From the NCBI GenBank assembly GCA_965116785.1, contig OZ220731.1:3619922-3683921 (forward strand): a DNA stretch of 64,000 nt. Reading direction: 5' to 3'. Position numbers and translations under genes: made by a program. Within the stretch, counting starts at the first letter, position 1. Every line of letters begins with the position of its first letter. Below, in pieces: positions 1 to 9,210 of the stretch. The notes under the pieces were generated by a model. The model saw nothing but the letters and a program-made list of their open reading frames with translations, was not told the DNA's origin and did no database searches. This DNA is from Dehalococcoidia bacterium (GTDB lineage Bacteria > Chloroflexota > Dehalococcoidia > Lucifugimonadales > UBA3495).

Positions 1-191
1 GCCGAGTTGGGAATGATGCCCAGCGTGCCGCCGATCCACGTCACCCACGCCAGCGCCAGCAGCGCGAGCACCCGGGATACTGCCCACCCGCGATCGGCCA
101 GCCGTCCCAGCCCGCAAACCGTCGATGCGATTGGGAACCCGACCAGCGACAGGGCCCACAGGACGATGAGCCAGGCGAGAACGTCCTGCAC
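1..191 (-). CDS. N-terminal part of a polytopic membrane protein (DUF2298-like), open at the left window edge
   Basis: Minus frame from GTG at 189-191 reads VQDVLAWLIVLWALSLVGFPIASTVCGLGRLADRGWAVSRVLALLALAWVTWIGGTLGIIPNS with no stop to position 1. Two hydrophobic helices flank an LxDRG motif, as I recall for DUF2298 N-termini. It is absent from the ORF track because it is open-ended. Confidence 0.4.
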   Translation of the reverse strand, partial: MQDVLAWLIVLWALSLVGFPIASTVCGLGRLADRGWAVSRVLALLALAWVTWIGGTLGIIPNS

Positions 192-212
192 GGTTAGGGT
201 TTAGCCCAGCCG

Positions 213-1172
213 TCAGGCGGCCGACGACAGCATGGCTTCCACGAACTCGCGGGAATCAAAGGGCGCGATGTCATCCAGCCCCTCGCCGGTGCCGATGAAC
301 AGGATCGGCACTCCCAACGCCCGTCGTATCGACAATACGATCCCGCCCCGGGCGGTGCCGTCCAGCTTGGCCAGGAAGATCCCGGTGCAACCCACGGCCT
401 CGGTGAATGCCTGGGCCTGCGTCAGCCCGTTGTGGCCGGTGGTGGCGTCCAGCGTCAGCAGCACCTGGTGCGGCGCCGCCTCGTCCAGTCCGTTGATCAC
501 CCGCCGGACCTTGCGCAGTTCGTCCATCAGGTTCTGGCGGGTGTGCAGCCGTCCGGCCGTGTCCACGATCAGGATGTCCGCGCCCCGCGCCCGGGCGGCC
601 TGCCAGGCGTCGTACGCCACCGCGCCGGGATCCGCGCCGTGCTGGTGGCTGATCACGTCCACTCCCGCCCGTTCGCCCAGGATTTCCAGTTGCTCCTCGG
701 CGGCGGCGCGGAAGGTGTCGGCCGCCCCCAGGATGACCTTCTTGCCCGCTCCGGTGAAGTGGTGCGCCAGCTTGGCGATGCTGGTGGTCTTGCCCACCCC
801 GTTCACCCCGCAAACCAGTATCACGTAGGGCGACGCCACGCCGTCGTCGTCCAGCCACGCGTCCGGGTCGTCCGATGCCGCTAGTTCCGCCGCGATCAGC
901 TCCTTGAGCCGCGAAAACGCTCCTTCCCCGTCCTCAACCCGCCCCGACCGCACTTCGGCACGCAACTCGTCCAGCACCGTCATGGTGGTGTCGACCCCAA
1001 CGTCCGCCGAGATCAGGATCTCCTCGATCTCATCCCACACCGAATCGTCCAGCTCGCGTGACGCGAACAGGTTGCGGATGCGCCCGAACCAGCTGTCCCG
1101 GCTCCGCTTCACCCCGGCGTCGGTCTGCTCGCGGTTCACCTCACCTCGGTTCCGCTTGAAAATCGAAAACAT
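213..1172 (-). CDS. ftsY: Signal recognition particle receptor FtsY
   Basis: 319-aa ORF with the SRP GTPase motifs GVNGVGKTTSIAKLA (P-loop), DTAGR and LAKLDGTARGG. The N-terminal acidic helical domain is typical of FtsY. Confidence 0.95.
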   Translation of the reverse strand: MFSIFKRNRGEVNREQTDAGVKRSRDSWFGRIRNLFASRELDDSVWDEIEEILISADVGVDTTMTVLDELRAEVRSGRVEDGEGAFSRLKELIAAELAASDDPDAWLDDDGVASPYVILVCGVNGVGKTTSIAKLAHHFTGAGKKVILGAADTFRAAAEEQLEILGERAGVDVISHQHGADPGAVAYDAWQAARARGADILIVDTAGRLHTRQNLMDELRKVRRVINGLDEAAPHQVLLTLDATTGHNGLTQAQAFTEAVGCTGIFLAKLDGTARGGIVLSIRRALGVPILFIGTGEGLDDIAPFDSREFVEAMLSSAA

Positions 1173-1271
1173 AGCGGCGCAAGGTTAGCAGCGCCACCGC
1201 CCAGGCGCAACCGGGCCGGCGTCTCACCTCACGTTAATGCCTGTGGACAAATAATCCGACTGCCCATTAGC

Positions 1272-1679
1272 ATGAAGAAACGGAAACCGGGTAAGACCGT
1301 GCCAAATCACCGGAGAATAATCTTGGGAACCGTAACAGTAACCATCCAAGTCGGCGACCGCCATGGCCACCAATTCGAAGAGCTCGACATGATCGTCGAC
1401 ACCGGCTCCACTTACACGGCAGTACCTCGGGCCATGCTCGAACGACTGGGAGTGCCCATCCAACGGTCAATGCCATCGGAGACCGCAGACGGCAGGATCG
1501 TCCCAGTAGACATCGGACAAACCATCGTAAGGCTCGAGGGGTTCGAGTTTTACACACCAGTCATATTCGCCGCAGAGAATGAGCCAAACCTCCTCGGAGT
1601 CGTAACCCTCGAAGAGGCCGGTCTCGCCGTCGACCCAGTGAATGGCCGTCTCGTTCCCACACACCTCCTCCGCTACTGA
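1272..1679 (+). CDS. Retropepsin-like (clan AA) aspartic protease
   Basis: 135-aa ORF with the catalytic-type motif MIVDTGSTYTAVP and a size typical of single-lobe bacterial retropepsin-like proteins. The start codon is uncertain. Confidence 0.6.
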   Translation: MKKRKPGKTVPNHRRIILGTVTVTIQVGDRHGHQFEELDMIVDTGSTYTAVPRAMLERLGVPIQRSMPSETADGRIVPVDIGQTIVRLEGFEFYTPVIFAAENEPNLLGVVTLEEAGLAVDPVNGRLVPTHLLRY

Positions 1680-1707
1680 CCGCACCCGGCACTTCGAAAA
1701 CACCCGC

Positions 1708-1804
1708 CCGCTCGTGGTGAGCCTGTCGAACCACGTGGCGATTTCGTCACCCGAAGAATGGCCCATCCAGCAACGAGATTGCCACGCTCCGAGCGCAATG
1801 AAAG
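1708..1804. repeat. Composite of dispersed REP-like elements (family B arm plus family A palindrome)
   Basis: ccgctcgtggtgagcctgtcgaaccacgtggcgatttcg matches the reverse complement of 37841-37877. gagattgccacgctccgagcgcaatg matches the elements at 46181 and 57511. Intergenic. Confidence 0.7.
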
Positions 1805-1952
1805 TTCGGGCGAAACTGGGTACGCATGAGGTGCCTGCGTCGTTAACTACTCACATTTGAGGGCAAGGACCAGCCAGCTGCTACAGAAGGTATGATCGTT
1901 TGCAGCACGACACCGTCGACTGACCGCGCCAGCCTCCCCCAAGAGATTCAGC

Positions 1953-2654
1953 ATGACCACTACACGCCCCCCCGGCCTGCCGGATGCCCCCACGCCATCC
2001 TTCCGCCTCCCCGACATTCCGGAGCGCCATCCCGACGACGTGACCAGTGTCGACAGCCTGCACCGGCACGGTGCAATCGCCAATATAATCCAGCACCTGG
2101 GCCATCCCGAAACAACCATAGTCAGCGCCGAGCATTACGTCGTGCCGGGGCCGGCCCACGTTGCCGGGGAAAGTCGCTACCCGGACCTGCTGGTGGCCTT
2201 TGACGTGGACCCGTCAGCCTACGCGGCCAGCAACGGCTACGTGGTTTCGCAACAGGGCAAGCCCCCGGACTTCATCCTGGAGGTTGCATCCAGGCACACC
2301 GCCACTGACGACTTGGAGGCGAAGCGGGATTACTACGAGACCCTGGGTGTGGGCGAGTACTGGCTGTTCGATGGCGAGGGGGAGTTCTACGGCTTCACCT
2401 TGCGGGGTTACCGTCTGGAAGGAGGCCGCTACCGGCCTATGGAATTGGGTGAAATCGGCCCCGGCGTGTTGCAGGGACACAGCGCGGCGCTGAACTTGAA
2501 CCTGAGGGTCGAGGATGGCTACTTGGGGTGGCACGACCCCGCCACCGGGGAACACATCCCGACCCTGCAATCACAAACGGCCCGTGCCGAAACCGCCGAA
2601 GCCCGTGTGCAGGAATTGGAAACCGAGATCCGCCGACTACGCGAGGGCCAGTAG
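1953..2654 (+). CDS. Uma2-family (DUF820) putative endonuclease with C-terminal coiled-coil tail
   Basis: Core motifs PDLLVAFDVDP and PPDFILEVASRHTATDDLEAKRDYYETLGVGEYWLFD give the D...E.S/K pattern of Uma2 PD-(D/E)XK proteins. The tail reads ARAETAEARVQELETEIRRLREGQ. Confidence 0.8.
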   Translation: MTTTRPPGLPDAPTPSFRLPDIPERHPDDVTSVDSLHRHGAIANIIQHLGHPETTIVSAEHYVVPGPAHVAGESRYPDLLVAFDVDPSAYAASNGYVVSQQGKPPDFILEVASRHTATDDLEAKRDYYETLGVGEYWLFDGEGEFYGFTLRGYRLEGGRYRPMELGEIGPGVLQGHSAALNLNLRVEDGYLGWHDPATGEHIPTLQSQTARAETAEARVQELETEIRRLREGQ

Positions 2655-2809
2655 AGTAATGGCCAACAACCCCGTGGCGGACTTGGCCGGGAAAAGTTCG
2701 GTACCCGTGAGATGGCGGGCAAGGTTATCCTCGCCGGCGGTTCAGTCTATAGGCTGAAACTACGCCCGCCAAACCTCCGGCGCCTGGCGTCCCGGTCAAA
2801 TCTCCACGG

Positions 2810-4162
2810 TTACACCGGCGGCGCCTGGTTCAGCCCCGCAATCCGCTCGCACCACTGCGCCGCGCCCAGGACCCTGCCCTCCTGCGCCCACGGGCCCCCG
2901 AACTGCACGGCCATGGGCATCCCCAGCTCGCTCAGGCCCGTCGAGACCACCACCGTGGGCAATCCCGCGGCCGTCCACGGCACCTGGAAGGCGGCGTCGC
3001 CGGTGGTGTTCAGGTCCCGGGGAGCCGGCGCGGGTATTGCCGGCGTCATCACCACGTCGACCTTGGCGGCCATCGCGCTGAAGTCGGCGCGGAACTGTCG
3101 CCGCAGCCGCTGGGCTTTCAGGTATGCCGACGTGGGCATGATCATGCCCATCTCCATGCCGGCCCGAATCCGCGGCCCGTAGTCGCCAGCGCGGACCCGG
3201 TGGTTGACCTCGTGGAACCCGGCGCACTCCACGTTCATCACGATGCGCTGGAAGCTGTGGACCACGGCGAAGCTGTCGGGCAACGGTATTTCCTCGACCT
3301 CGGCTCCGGCCTCCGCCAGTTGATTGGCGATTGCCTCGGTGTGGGCCCACATCTCCGCCGTGGCGTAGTCCTGGTAGTATTGCCGCACCAGGCCGATGCG
3401 CGGGGGCCGGTCGTGCTCGGCCATCTGTGCGACGAAGTCGGGCACGGGTTCGCGCAGGCTGCCGGGATCGTTGTCGTCCGCGCCGCTCAGCACGGTCAGC
3501 ATCAGCGCGGCATCGGCCACCGTGCGGGTCAGGATGCCCACGTGGTCCAGCGACCAGCTTACCGGAGCCACGCCGTACCGGGAGATGCGCCCGTAGGTGG
3601 GCTTCACGCCGACGATGCCGTTGTAAGCCGCGGGCCGGCAGGTGGACCCGCCGGTCTGCGATCCCAGGGCAGCCGGAACCATGCGCGCCGCAACCGCCGC
3701 GGACGACCCGCTGCTGGACCCGCCGGGAGTGTGCTCCAGGTTCCACGGGTTGCGCGTCGGCGATGGGTCGGAGGTAGCGAACTCCGTGGTCACCGCCTTG
3801 CCCAGGATGATGCCGCCGGCCGCCTTGATATTGGCCACCGAGGTGCCGTCGAATTCCGGCACGAAATCGGAGTACACCTTCGAACCGCAGGCGGTGAGCA
3901 TGCCTTCGGTGTAGAAAATGTCCTTCAGTCCCACGGGCACGCCGTGGATCAGTCCCAAGGGATCACCTCGCTGCACCTCCTCCTCCCGCTGCCGGGCGGC
4001 CGAAAGCACCGCGTCCCGGTCGATGGTGACCCAGGCCTGCAGGTCACCGTCCAGCGCGTCGATGCGCGCCAGCAGCGACTCCGCCAGCGCCACCGGCGAC
4101 AGGGTTCCTTCGCGAATCTGCGCGGCGGCTTCTGCCACCGAAAGCTCGTGGAGTTCAGGCAT
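2810..4162 (-). CDS. Amidase-signature family amidase (GatA-like)
   Basis: 450-aa ORF with the amidase signature GGSSSGSSAAVAA, a conserved KD..YTEGMLTACGS region and Gly/Ser-rich core. The substrate cannot be assigned. Confidence 0.9.
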   Translation of the reverse strand: MPELHELSVAEAAAQIREGTLSPVALAESLLARIDALDGDLQAWVTIDRDAVLSAARQREEEVQRGDPLGLIHGVPVGLKDIFYTEGMLTACGSKVYSDFVPEFDGTSVANIKAAGGIILGKAVTTEFATSDPSPTRNPWNLEHTPGGSSSGSSAAVAARMVPAALGSQTGGSTCRPAAYNGIVGVKPTYGRISRYGVAPVSWSLDHVGILTRTVADAALMLTVLSGADDNDPGSLREPVPDFVAQMAEHDRPPRIGLVRQYYQDYATAEMWAHTEAIANQLAEAGAEVEEIPLPDSFAVVHSFQRIVMNVECAGFHEVNHRVRAGDYGPRIRAGMEMGMIMPTSAYLKAQRLRRQFRADFSAMAAKVDVVMTPAIPAPAPRDLNTTGDAAFQVPWTAAGLPTVVVSTGLSELGMPMAVQFGGPWAQEGRVLGAAQWCERIAGLNQAPPV

Positions 4163-4237
4163 GATTCAACCTCGTGGGCGGCGGCACGGGTGCCGCGGTT
4201 GGTTCACCATTCGCCGGTGCGGTCCCAAGATCAGGCC

Positions 4238-4266
4238 GTCATTGCGAGCGCAGCGCGGCAATCTCG
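4238..4266. repeat. REP-like palindromic element, family A
   Basis: gtcattgcgagcgcagcgcggcaatctcg is nearly identical to 37767-37794 and is the reverse complement of the 46181 and 57511 copies. It lies between the small ORF and the amidase start. Confidence 0.75.
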
Positions 4267-4296
4267 TTCGGTCGCCGGCATGGGCGCCGGTTACGG

Positions 4297-4476
4297 CTAT
4301 TCCTGGTTCAGCGGCTCCAGGTCCGGATGCACTTCCGCGCCCTCGACATCGTGGACCTGTTCCGCCGCGGTTCGCAGGTACGATTCCAGCTCCACGGCGC
4401 GGTCCTCGCCGAACTGGGCGACCGCCCGCCGGCGCAGTTCCTGGTAGATCCGTTCCAAGTCGTTGCTCTGGCTCAT
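4297..4476 (-). CDS. Small (59 aa) ORF upstream of the amidase, possibly a GatC/AtzG-like partner subunit
   Basis: ATG at 4474-4476 preceded by GAGG. Translation is MSQSNDLERIYQELRRRAVAQFGEDRAVELESYLRTAAEQVHDVEGAEVHPDLEPLNQE. It is below the 60-aa track cutoff, and the C-terminal V.DVEGAEV.P resembles the GatC 'vd..gveP' segment. Confidence 0.35.
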   Translation of the reverse strand: MSQSNDLERIYQELRRRAVAQFGEDRAVELESYLRTAAEQVHDVEGAEVHPDLEPLNQE

Positions 4477-4649
4477 GTTGCCGATACCTCAACACGGGTG
4501 GGGTAGTAGCCTGCAAGATACCCCGCTGGCGCGTGGCCGTCCAGAGTCGCTTGGGCCGCGACCGGATTGACGGAGGAAAAGACGAAGGGCTCGGCGTCTC
4601 GCTTGCCGAGCCCCGGTGTTCTGCGCCCGGTTGGTCCGGGCCCGACAGC

Positions 4650-5090
4650 CTACCCGCGGTTGTGCGTCTTCGTCTCCGCCCACGCGACGATGTGCGGGAT
4701 CGCCGCGTCAATGTCGCGCTGATCAACGCTGCGCGCCGTGGACTCGGCCTGGCACCGCATCAGCATGATCGGCAAGCGGTTGCGGATCTTGTCCAGCGTC
4801 CACGACAGCGGGTCGCCCTCGGCGGTGAAGTCCAACTCCAGCCGGTCGTTCTGGCCTATCGGCCCGTTGCGGTAGTGATAGTGCGGGCCGATGCGGAAGC
4901 AGTCAAATCGCAGCAGTTCCTTGTCATCCTCCTCGATGTCGTTGCCGTACACGTGGATGCAGATCCCCTCGTCGCTCATCGCTCCCACGTCGGTGCGATA
5001 CACCAGTCCGAAGGTCACCGCGCCGGCATCGATCAGCTCCTCGCCTCCACCGGTGCTTCCACCCATCTGCGCGTGCATCTGTTGCGTCAT
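4650..5090 (-). CDS. Hypothetical protein, single-domain member of the FDCFR..PHYHY family
   Basis: Start MTQQMHAQ at 5090 is preceded by GGGAGG. It is clearly homologous to both halves of the 28807-29658 protein (ELLRFDCFRIGPHYHY, DPLSWTLDKIRNRLPIMLMRC). I recognise no named family. Confidence 0.6.
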   Translation of the reverse strand: MTQQMHAQMGGSTGGGEELIDAGAVTFGLVYRTDVGAMSDEGICIHVYGNDIEEDDKELLRFDCFRIGPHYHYRNGPIGQNDRLELDFTAEGDPLSWTLDKIRNRLPIMLMRCQAESTARSVDQRDIDAAIPHIVAWAETKTHNRG

Positions 5091-5226
5091 CTCGTCATAC
5101 CTCCCTGCATGATGCGTGAACCGGTCGGATATTTCGGATCGGTTCGCTGGTTTGGCCCGATTATACATGCGTGACGCACGAAATCGTCATTGTCATAGCT
5201 CAGCCGGCTGCGCGGGCGTCCTGCCA

Positions 5227-5997
5227 TCAGCGTTGGCCATTCGCTTCGGCCCCCAGCGCGTCCCGTAGGCCCTTCCAGTCGCCGTTGCCATCGGAACCGC
5301 TCCAGTCGTCGAAGTGCACCAGCTCCTCCACGGGCAGCCGGTCGCGCCATCCGGCCCGCTGCAGACCCGGCTCGTCGGTGAACTCGACCGGGTAGCCCAG
5401 GCAGAGGTAGGCCACCGGGATGATGTGCGGCGGTATCCCCAGTATTCCTCGCAGTTGCGGCAGCTTGAGGATGCTGACCCAGCCCGCGCCCACGCCCTCG
5501 CTCCGCGCCGCCAGCCACAGGTTCTGCACCGCGCAGCACGTGGAATACACGTCCGTTTCCGGCATGGAGTTGCGGCCCAGCACCACCTCGGCGCGCGTCG
5601 GGTCGCAGGTGATGCACAGGTTCACCGGCGCCTCGAGGATCCCTTCCAGCTTCAGCGAGAGGTAGGCGGAACGGCGCGGCTCATCGAAGAAGCACGCCGC
5701 CGCGTCCCGCTCCCGGTCGAAAAGCCCCTTCACCTGCCGGCGCTTCTCGACATCCTTCACCAGGATGAAGTCCCAGGGCTGCATGAACCCCACCGACGGC
5801 CCGTGGTGCGCCGCCCGGATGATGCGGGCCAGCGTCTCGTCCGGTATCGGGTCGGGGCGGAAATTGCGTATGTCGCGCCGCTGGTAGATCGCCCGGTACA
5901 CCGCCTGCCGTTCCGCCTCCGGAAAGGCGAGGGCAGACCCGTTCGGTGGTGCCCCGTTTAACGCAGTGTCGTGTGGTTGGTTACGTGTGTCGTCCAT
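5227..5997 (-). CDS. bluB: 5,6-dimethylbenzimidazole synthase (BluB, nitroreductase fold)
   Basis: AVYRAIYQRRDIRNFRPDPIP, AAHHGPSVGFMQPWDFILV, YLSLKLEGI, DVYSTCCAVQNLWLAARSEGVGAGWVSI and GWRDRLPVEELV match the Sinorhizobium BluB sequence as I recall it, almost block for block. Start chosen at MDDTRNQ. Confidence 0.85.
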   Translation of the reverse strand: MDDTRNQPHDTALNGAPPNGSALAFPEAERQAVYRAIYQRRDIRNFRPDPIPDETLARIIRAAHHGPSVGFMQPWDFILVKDVEKRRQVKGLFDRERDAAACFFDEPRRSAYLSLKLEGILEAPVNLCITCDPTRAEVVLGRNSMPETDVYSTCCAVQNLWLAARSEGVGAGWVSILKLPQLRGILGIPPHIIPVAYLCLGYPVEFTDEPGLQRAGWRDRLPVEELVHFDDWSGSDGNGDWKGLRDALGAEANGQR

Positions 5998-6286
5998 CCG
6001 CCCCCGCCAAAACCGATTGCGACGCTGGCCGGGCGCTGTCGATCCCGGTGCCGCCATCATAACCACCCGGCCCGGGTTGCGCCAGAATTTTCCCGCCCGG
6101 TTGCGCATCCGGTTCGTCGCCGGCGAGGCGCGCAGCCGTGCGGTGATAAACTGGAGCCTGGTCCATCGTGACCGGACACGTACACAAACATCGCAAGCCA
6201 GATCGCGGAATCAACGAATCATTCCGATCCCGTCAATCCTGTACATCCATGCAAAACTGCCCCACCGCCACCACGGGAGGTGCGCC

Positions 6287-7045
6287 ATGCCGCCGGAAAT
6301 TCGCGCCGTAGGAATCGAGGGCCTGCCCGAGGTCCAGGCCGGTGACGACCTGGCCGCCCAGATCATGGATGCCGCCGCCGCCCAGGGTACGCCCATCGAG
6401 CCGGGCGACGTGCTGGTGGTCACCCAGAAGATCGTCAGCAAGGCCGAGGGCCGCGTCATGACCATCGACGAGGTGGAGGCATCGCCCCTGGCCATCGCCA
6501 TCACCGAGGGCCACCGCCGCGACCCCCGCCACACCGAGATGATCCTCCGCGAGAGCCGCCGCGTCGTCCGCATGGACCGGGGCGTCATCATCAGCGAGAC
6601 CTACCACGGTTATATCTGCGCCAACGCCGGCATCGACGCATCCAACATCCCCGGCTCCGACTCCATCTGCCTGCTGCCCGTGGACCCCGACGCCTCGGCC
6701 CGACGCATCCGCGACAGCGTCCGGCAGCGCCTCGGCGTGGACGTGGCGGTGCTCGTGTCCGACACCTTCGGTCGCCCCTGGCGCAACGGCGCGATCAACG
6801 TGTCCATCGGCGTGGCCGGCTTCAATCCGGTGATCAGCTACGTGGGCGAGTTCGACCCCCACGGCAACGAGCTGCACACCACCACCATCGCCGTCGCCGA
6901 CGAACTGGCCGCCACCGCCGAACTGGTCACCGGCAAGCTCCTGGGCGTCCCCGTGGCCCTCATCAAGGGCTACCCCTACGAACCCATGGAAGACGCCGAC
7001 TCCCGCGCCATAGTCCGCGAGCCGGACAAGGACCTGTTCCGGTAG
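6287..7045 (+). CDS. cofE: Coenzyme F420-0:L-glutamate ligase (CofE)
   Basis: ATG at 6287 lies 6 nt after GGGAGG. VVTQKIVSKAEGR, ANAGIDASN, VSDTFGRPWRNG and ADELAATAELV are the CofE/FbiB N-domain blocks. The upstream part of the 359-aa track ORF is non-coding-like. Confidence 0.9.
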   Translation: MPPEIRAVGIEGLPEVQAGDDLAAQIMDAAAAQGTPIEPGDVLVVTQKIVSKAEGRVMTIDEVEASPLAIAITEGHRRDPRHTEMILRESRRVVRMDRGVIISETYHGYICANAGIDASNIPGSDSICLLPVDPDASARRIRDSVRQRLGVDVAVLVSDTFGRPWRNGAINVSIGVAGFNPVISYVGEFDPHGNELHTTTIAVADELAATAELVTGKLLGVPVALIKGYPYEPMEDADSRAIVREPDKDLFR

Positions 7046-7117
7046 GGTTACGCCCAGTCCATGCTGAGGCAAACCACTCCTTTGCATTCAAGAGAAAGGT
7101 TGGATAGGCTGTCGCAG

Positions 7118-7135
7118 AGTGCGGCTAGCCGCACT
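7118..7135. terminator. GC-rich palindromic hairpin between convergent cofE and the helicase gene
   Basis: agtgcggctagccgcact is a perfect palindrome (7-8 bp stem) in the 126-nt convergent intergenic gap. There is no clear U-tract. Confidence 0.35.
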
Positions 7136-7171
7136 GCCCCTCGTATCATCCAGGTGTTCTGCTCGTCCACC

Positions 7172-9118
7172 TCATAGCGGATAACCTGAGTCCGCCCAGT
7201 CATGTCCAGAAATTCCGTTGGGGGCCTCGGGCCCCAGTTCTCCTATGAACTGGCTTGCACGCACGTTCACCAAGCCGATACCACTGCCCGTTGATAAAGC
7301 CCCGATCTGATGAGCCATGTCTGCTTGCATGCGGATAGCGGATGAAAGCACTAGGATCTCTGTGTTTCTGGTGATTGCTACGTAGAAAAGCCGACGCTGC
7401 TCCTCCAGCGAAGCTACTTGTTCTATCTCAGTAACGTCTCGGTCAAGAGTGGGAATGAGACCTTGGATGCAACCGGCGACAATGGCAACTTTGCTGGTCA
7501 GCCCTTTAGCCTTGTGCAAACTCATCACTCGCACGAAGGCGCTCTCCTCCGGGATTTCCGGTTGTGTGATCACTGTCTTAATTTTGGAGTGTACGTCGCC
7601 TATATTTTCAGATTCGAGCAGAACATGCATCGCCGCTTGACGGAGGACGTGCAGTTCATCCTGTCCATCTGGGATGACGTAGTCTACGACACCCGCGATA
7701 TCCATTCCGTCAGTTTGGCCCAAAACACGTAACAGTTCGCGGTATTTCTTGGTCAGTCGTGAAACGCCCTGCATGCGCAAAGTTCCAGCAATTATGGCGT
7801 CCAAAGCTTCCCTGGGTGATGACCCGGTTGCGACACAGTGATCACGCAGCTTTTTGTACTGGCCGGCCAGGCCATTTTGGCTTCCCTCGCCCAACCACCA
7901 ACGTAATGCTACTCTGTCATCGGGATTAGCTATCAGCGTGAGGATTGCGAATGCGCGCTGCGCCTCGATCGCCTCCAGCGGCTCTTCGGCGAAGAAACTG
8001 TGCACCGGGATATTGGCTTCACGGATGCGGTCCCTGATTCCATAGCCCAGGAGCCTTCGTGGAGTCATGATTAAAATGTCACCCGCCGCGTAGTCCCGCG
8101 CTAGCAAACATTGGACAAATCCGGCTAGCCCTGCAGCCTCGCTCTCTACATCGCGCCATTGGGTTATGCGAACCAGACCCTCGGCGTTTTGAGGCCTAGG
8201 TTGCAACCGGGATTCCCGCGTCGCAGGGTGGTTGCGACGAATCAATTCGTCAGCAATCCTGACCACTCGCTGCGGACACCGCCTGCACTCATCAAGGGTC
8301 TGATCGTACGTAGATGGGTGGATCTCTGCGAAATCTCTGATCCCAGAAGGGTTCGCGTATCTGAAGCTATAAATCGATTGGTCTTCGTCACCAACAATTG
8401 AAAGCATTCCGTTGCTGGCCAGTAAATCGATCAACGTTTGTTCTGCTTTGTTTAGATCCTGATATTCATCGACGATCACATGATCGAAAGACGTAAGGAC
8501 GTCTGAGGCCGGGTTATTGCGCAAGAAACGCAGCGTCTCTGGCACCAGTTCACCTATCAACATCGCCCGGTGGAACCGGAGCCAACCTACCAAGGACTGC
8601 TCAAATTCCCAGTCGATCTCTTCCTGTGCCCAACCCGGAACGTCGGCTTGCAATCGTGCCCAAGCCGCTTCGAATGCGCGTATCCTTTTGGTGCATTCCC
8701 TTCTGGTCCCGAATTGTTTGCCCAAGACCAGGTCATTCAGAAGTGGTGCTCCTTCAAATTGTAGGACACCGCTCTTGTTGAACGTCACCAGTGGTCGCGC
8801 GACTCGGTCAAGGTAGCTGAACACGTCCTCCCGGTTGAGAATGCTGAAACATAACGAATGTAGTGTACCAGCGCGGATTTTTTCACAATTTTCGATTTCG
8901 AGTGCATGGAGGTCTGCGACCAAACTTGCAGCCGCGTTTCGCGTAAACGTTACCGCGAGTATTCGACTTGGGTCTTGGCCTTCTTCCAACAGCCTGGCCA
9001 CCCGCCGCTTCATAGCGAAGGACTTGCCAGTCCCGGGACCAGCCATAACCCGAAGTGGCGTTTCTTCTGTTCTGGCGATCTCCAACGCGGTGCCCGTAAG
9101 ATTGTCATACCAACTCAT
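7172..9118 (-). CDS. UvrD/Rep-family (SF1) DNA helicase, stand-alone, in an AT-richer islet
   Basis: Walker A AGPGTGKS, motif Ia VTFTRNAA, DEYQD (motif II), VGDEDQSIYSFR (III), and SLHKAKGL / YVAITRNTEIL (V/VI). Start taken at MSWYDN (9118); the upstream ATG at 9175 is also possible. Confidence 0.85.
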   Translation of the reverse strand: MSWYDNLTGTALEIARTEETPLRVMAGPGTGKSFAMKRRVARLLEEGQDPSRILAVTFTRNAAASLVADLHALEIENCEKIRAGTLHSLCFSILNREDVFSYLDRVARPLVTFNKSGVLQFEGAPLLNDLVLGKQFGTRRECTKRIRAFEAAWARLQADVPGWAQEEIDWEFEQSLVGWLRFHRAMLIGELVPETLRFLRNNPASDVLTSFDHVIVDEYQDLNKAEQTLIDLLASNGMLSIVGDEDQSIYSFRYANPSGIRDFAEIHPSTYDQTLDECRRCPQRVVRIADELIRRNHPATRESRLQPRPQNAEGLVRITQWRDVESEAAGLAGFVQCLLARDYAAGDILIMTPRRLLGYGIRDRIREANIPVHSFFAEEPLEAIEAQRAFAILTLIANPDDRVALRWWLGEGSQNGLAGQYKKLRDHCVATGSSPREALDAIIAGTLRMQGVSRLTKKYRELLRVLGQTDGMDIAGVVDYVIPDGQDELHVLRQAAMHVLLESENIGDVHSKIKTVITQPEIPEESAFVRVMSLHKAKGLTSKVAIVAGCIQGLIPTLDRDVTEIEQVASLEEQRRLFYVAITRNTEILVLSSAIRMQADMAHQIGALSTGSGIGLVNVRASQFIGELGPEAPNGISGHDWADSGYPL

Positions 9119-9176
9119 TTGTGTGTCTCCATTAGTGCATTGAGTTATAGCGATTAAGCTGTTCGCCACTTTCATT

Positions 9177-9210
9177 GTGTCCGCTCGCCTTGTATGTGGC
9201 GAGCGGACAC
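9177..9210 (-). terminator. Strong hairpin downstream of clpB
   Basis: gtgtccgctcgcc-ttgtatgt-ggcgagcggacac forms a 13-bp perfect stem 48 nt after the clpB stop. It lacks a clean U-tract. Confidence 0.45.

Noticed and set aside
5966-6286. N-terminal 107 aa of the 359-aa cofE track ORF
   Set aside because: It is Arg-rich and overlaps the bluB start region on the other strand. CofE similarity begins at MPPEIRAV (6287), which has a well-placed GGGAGG RBS.
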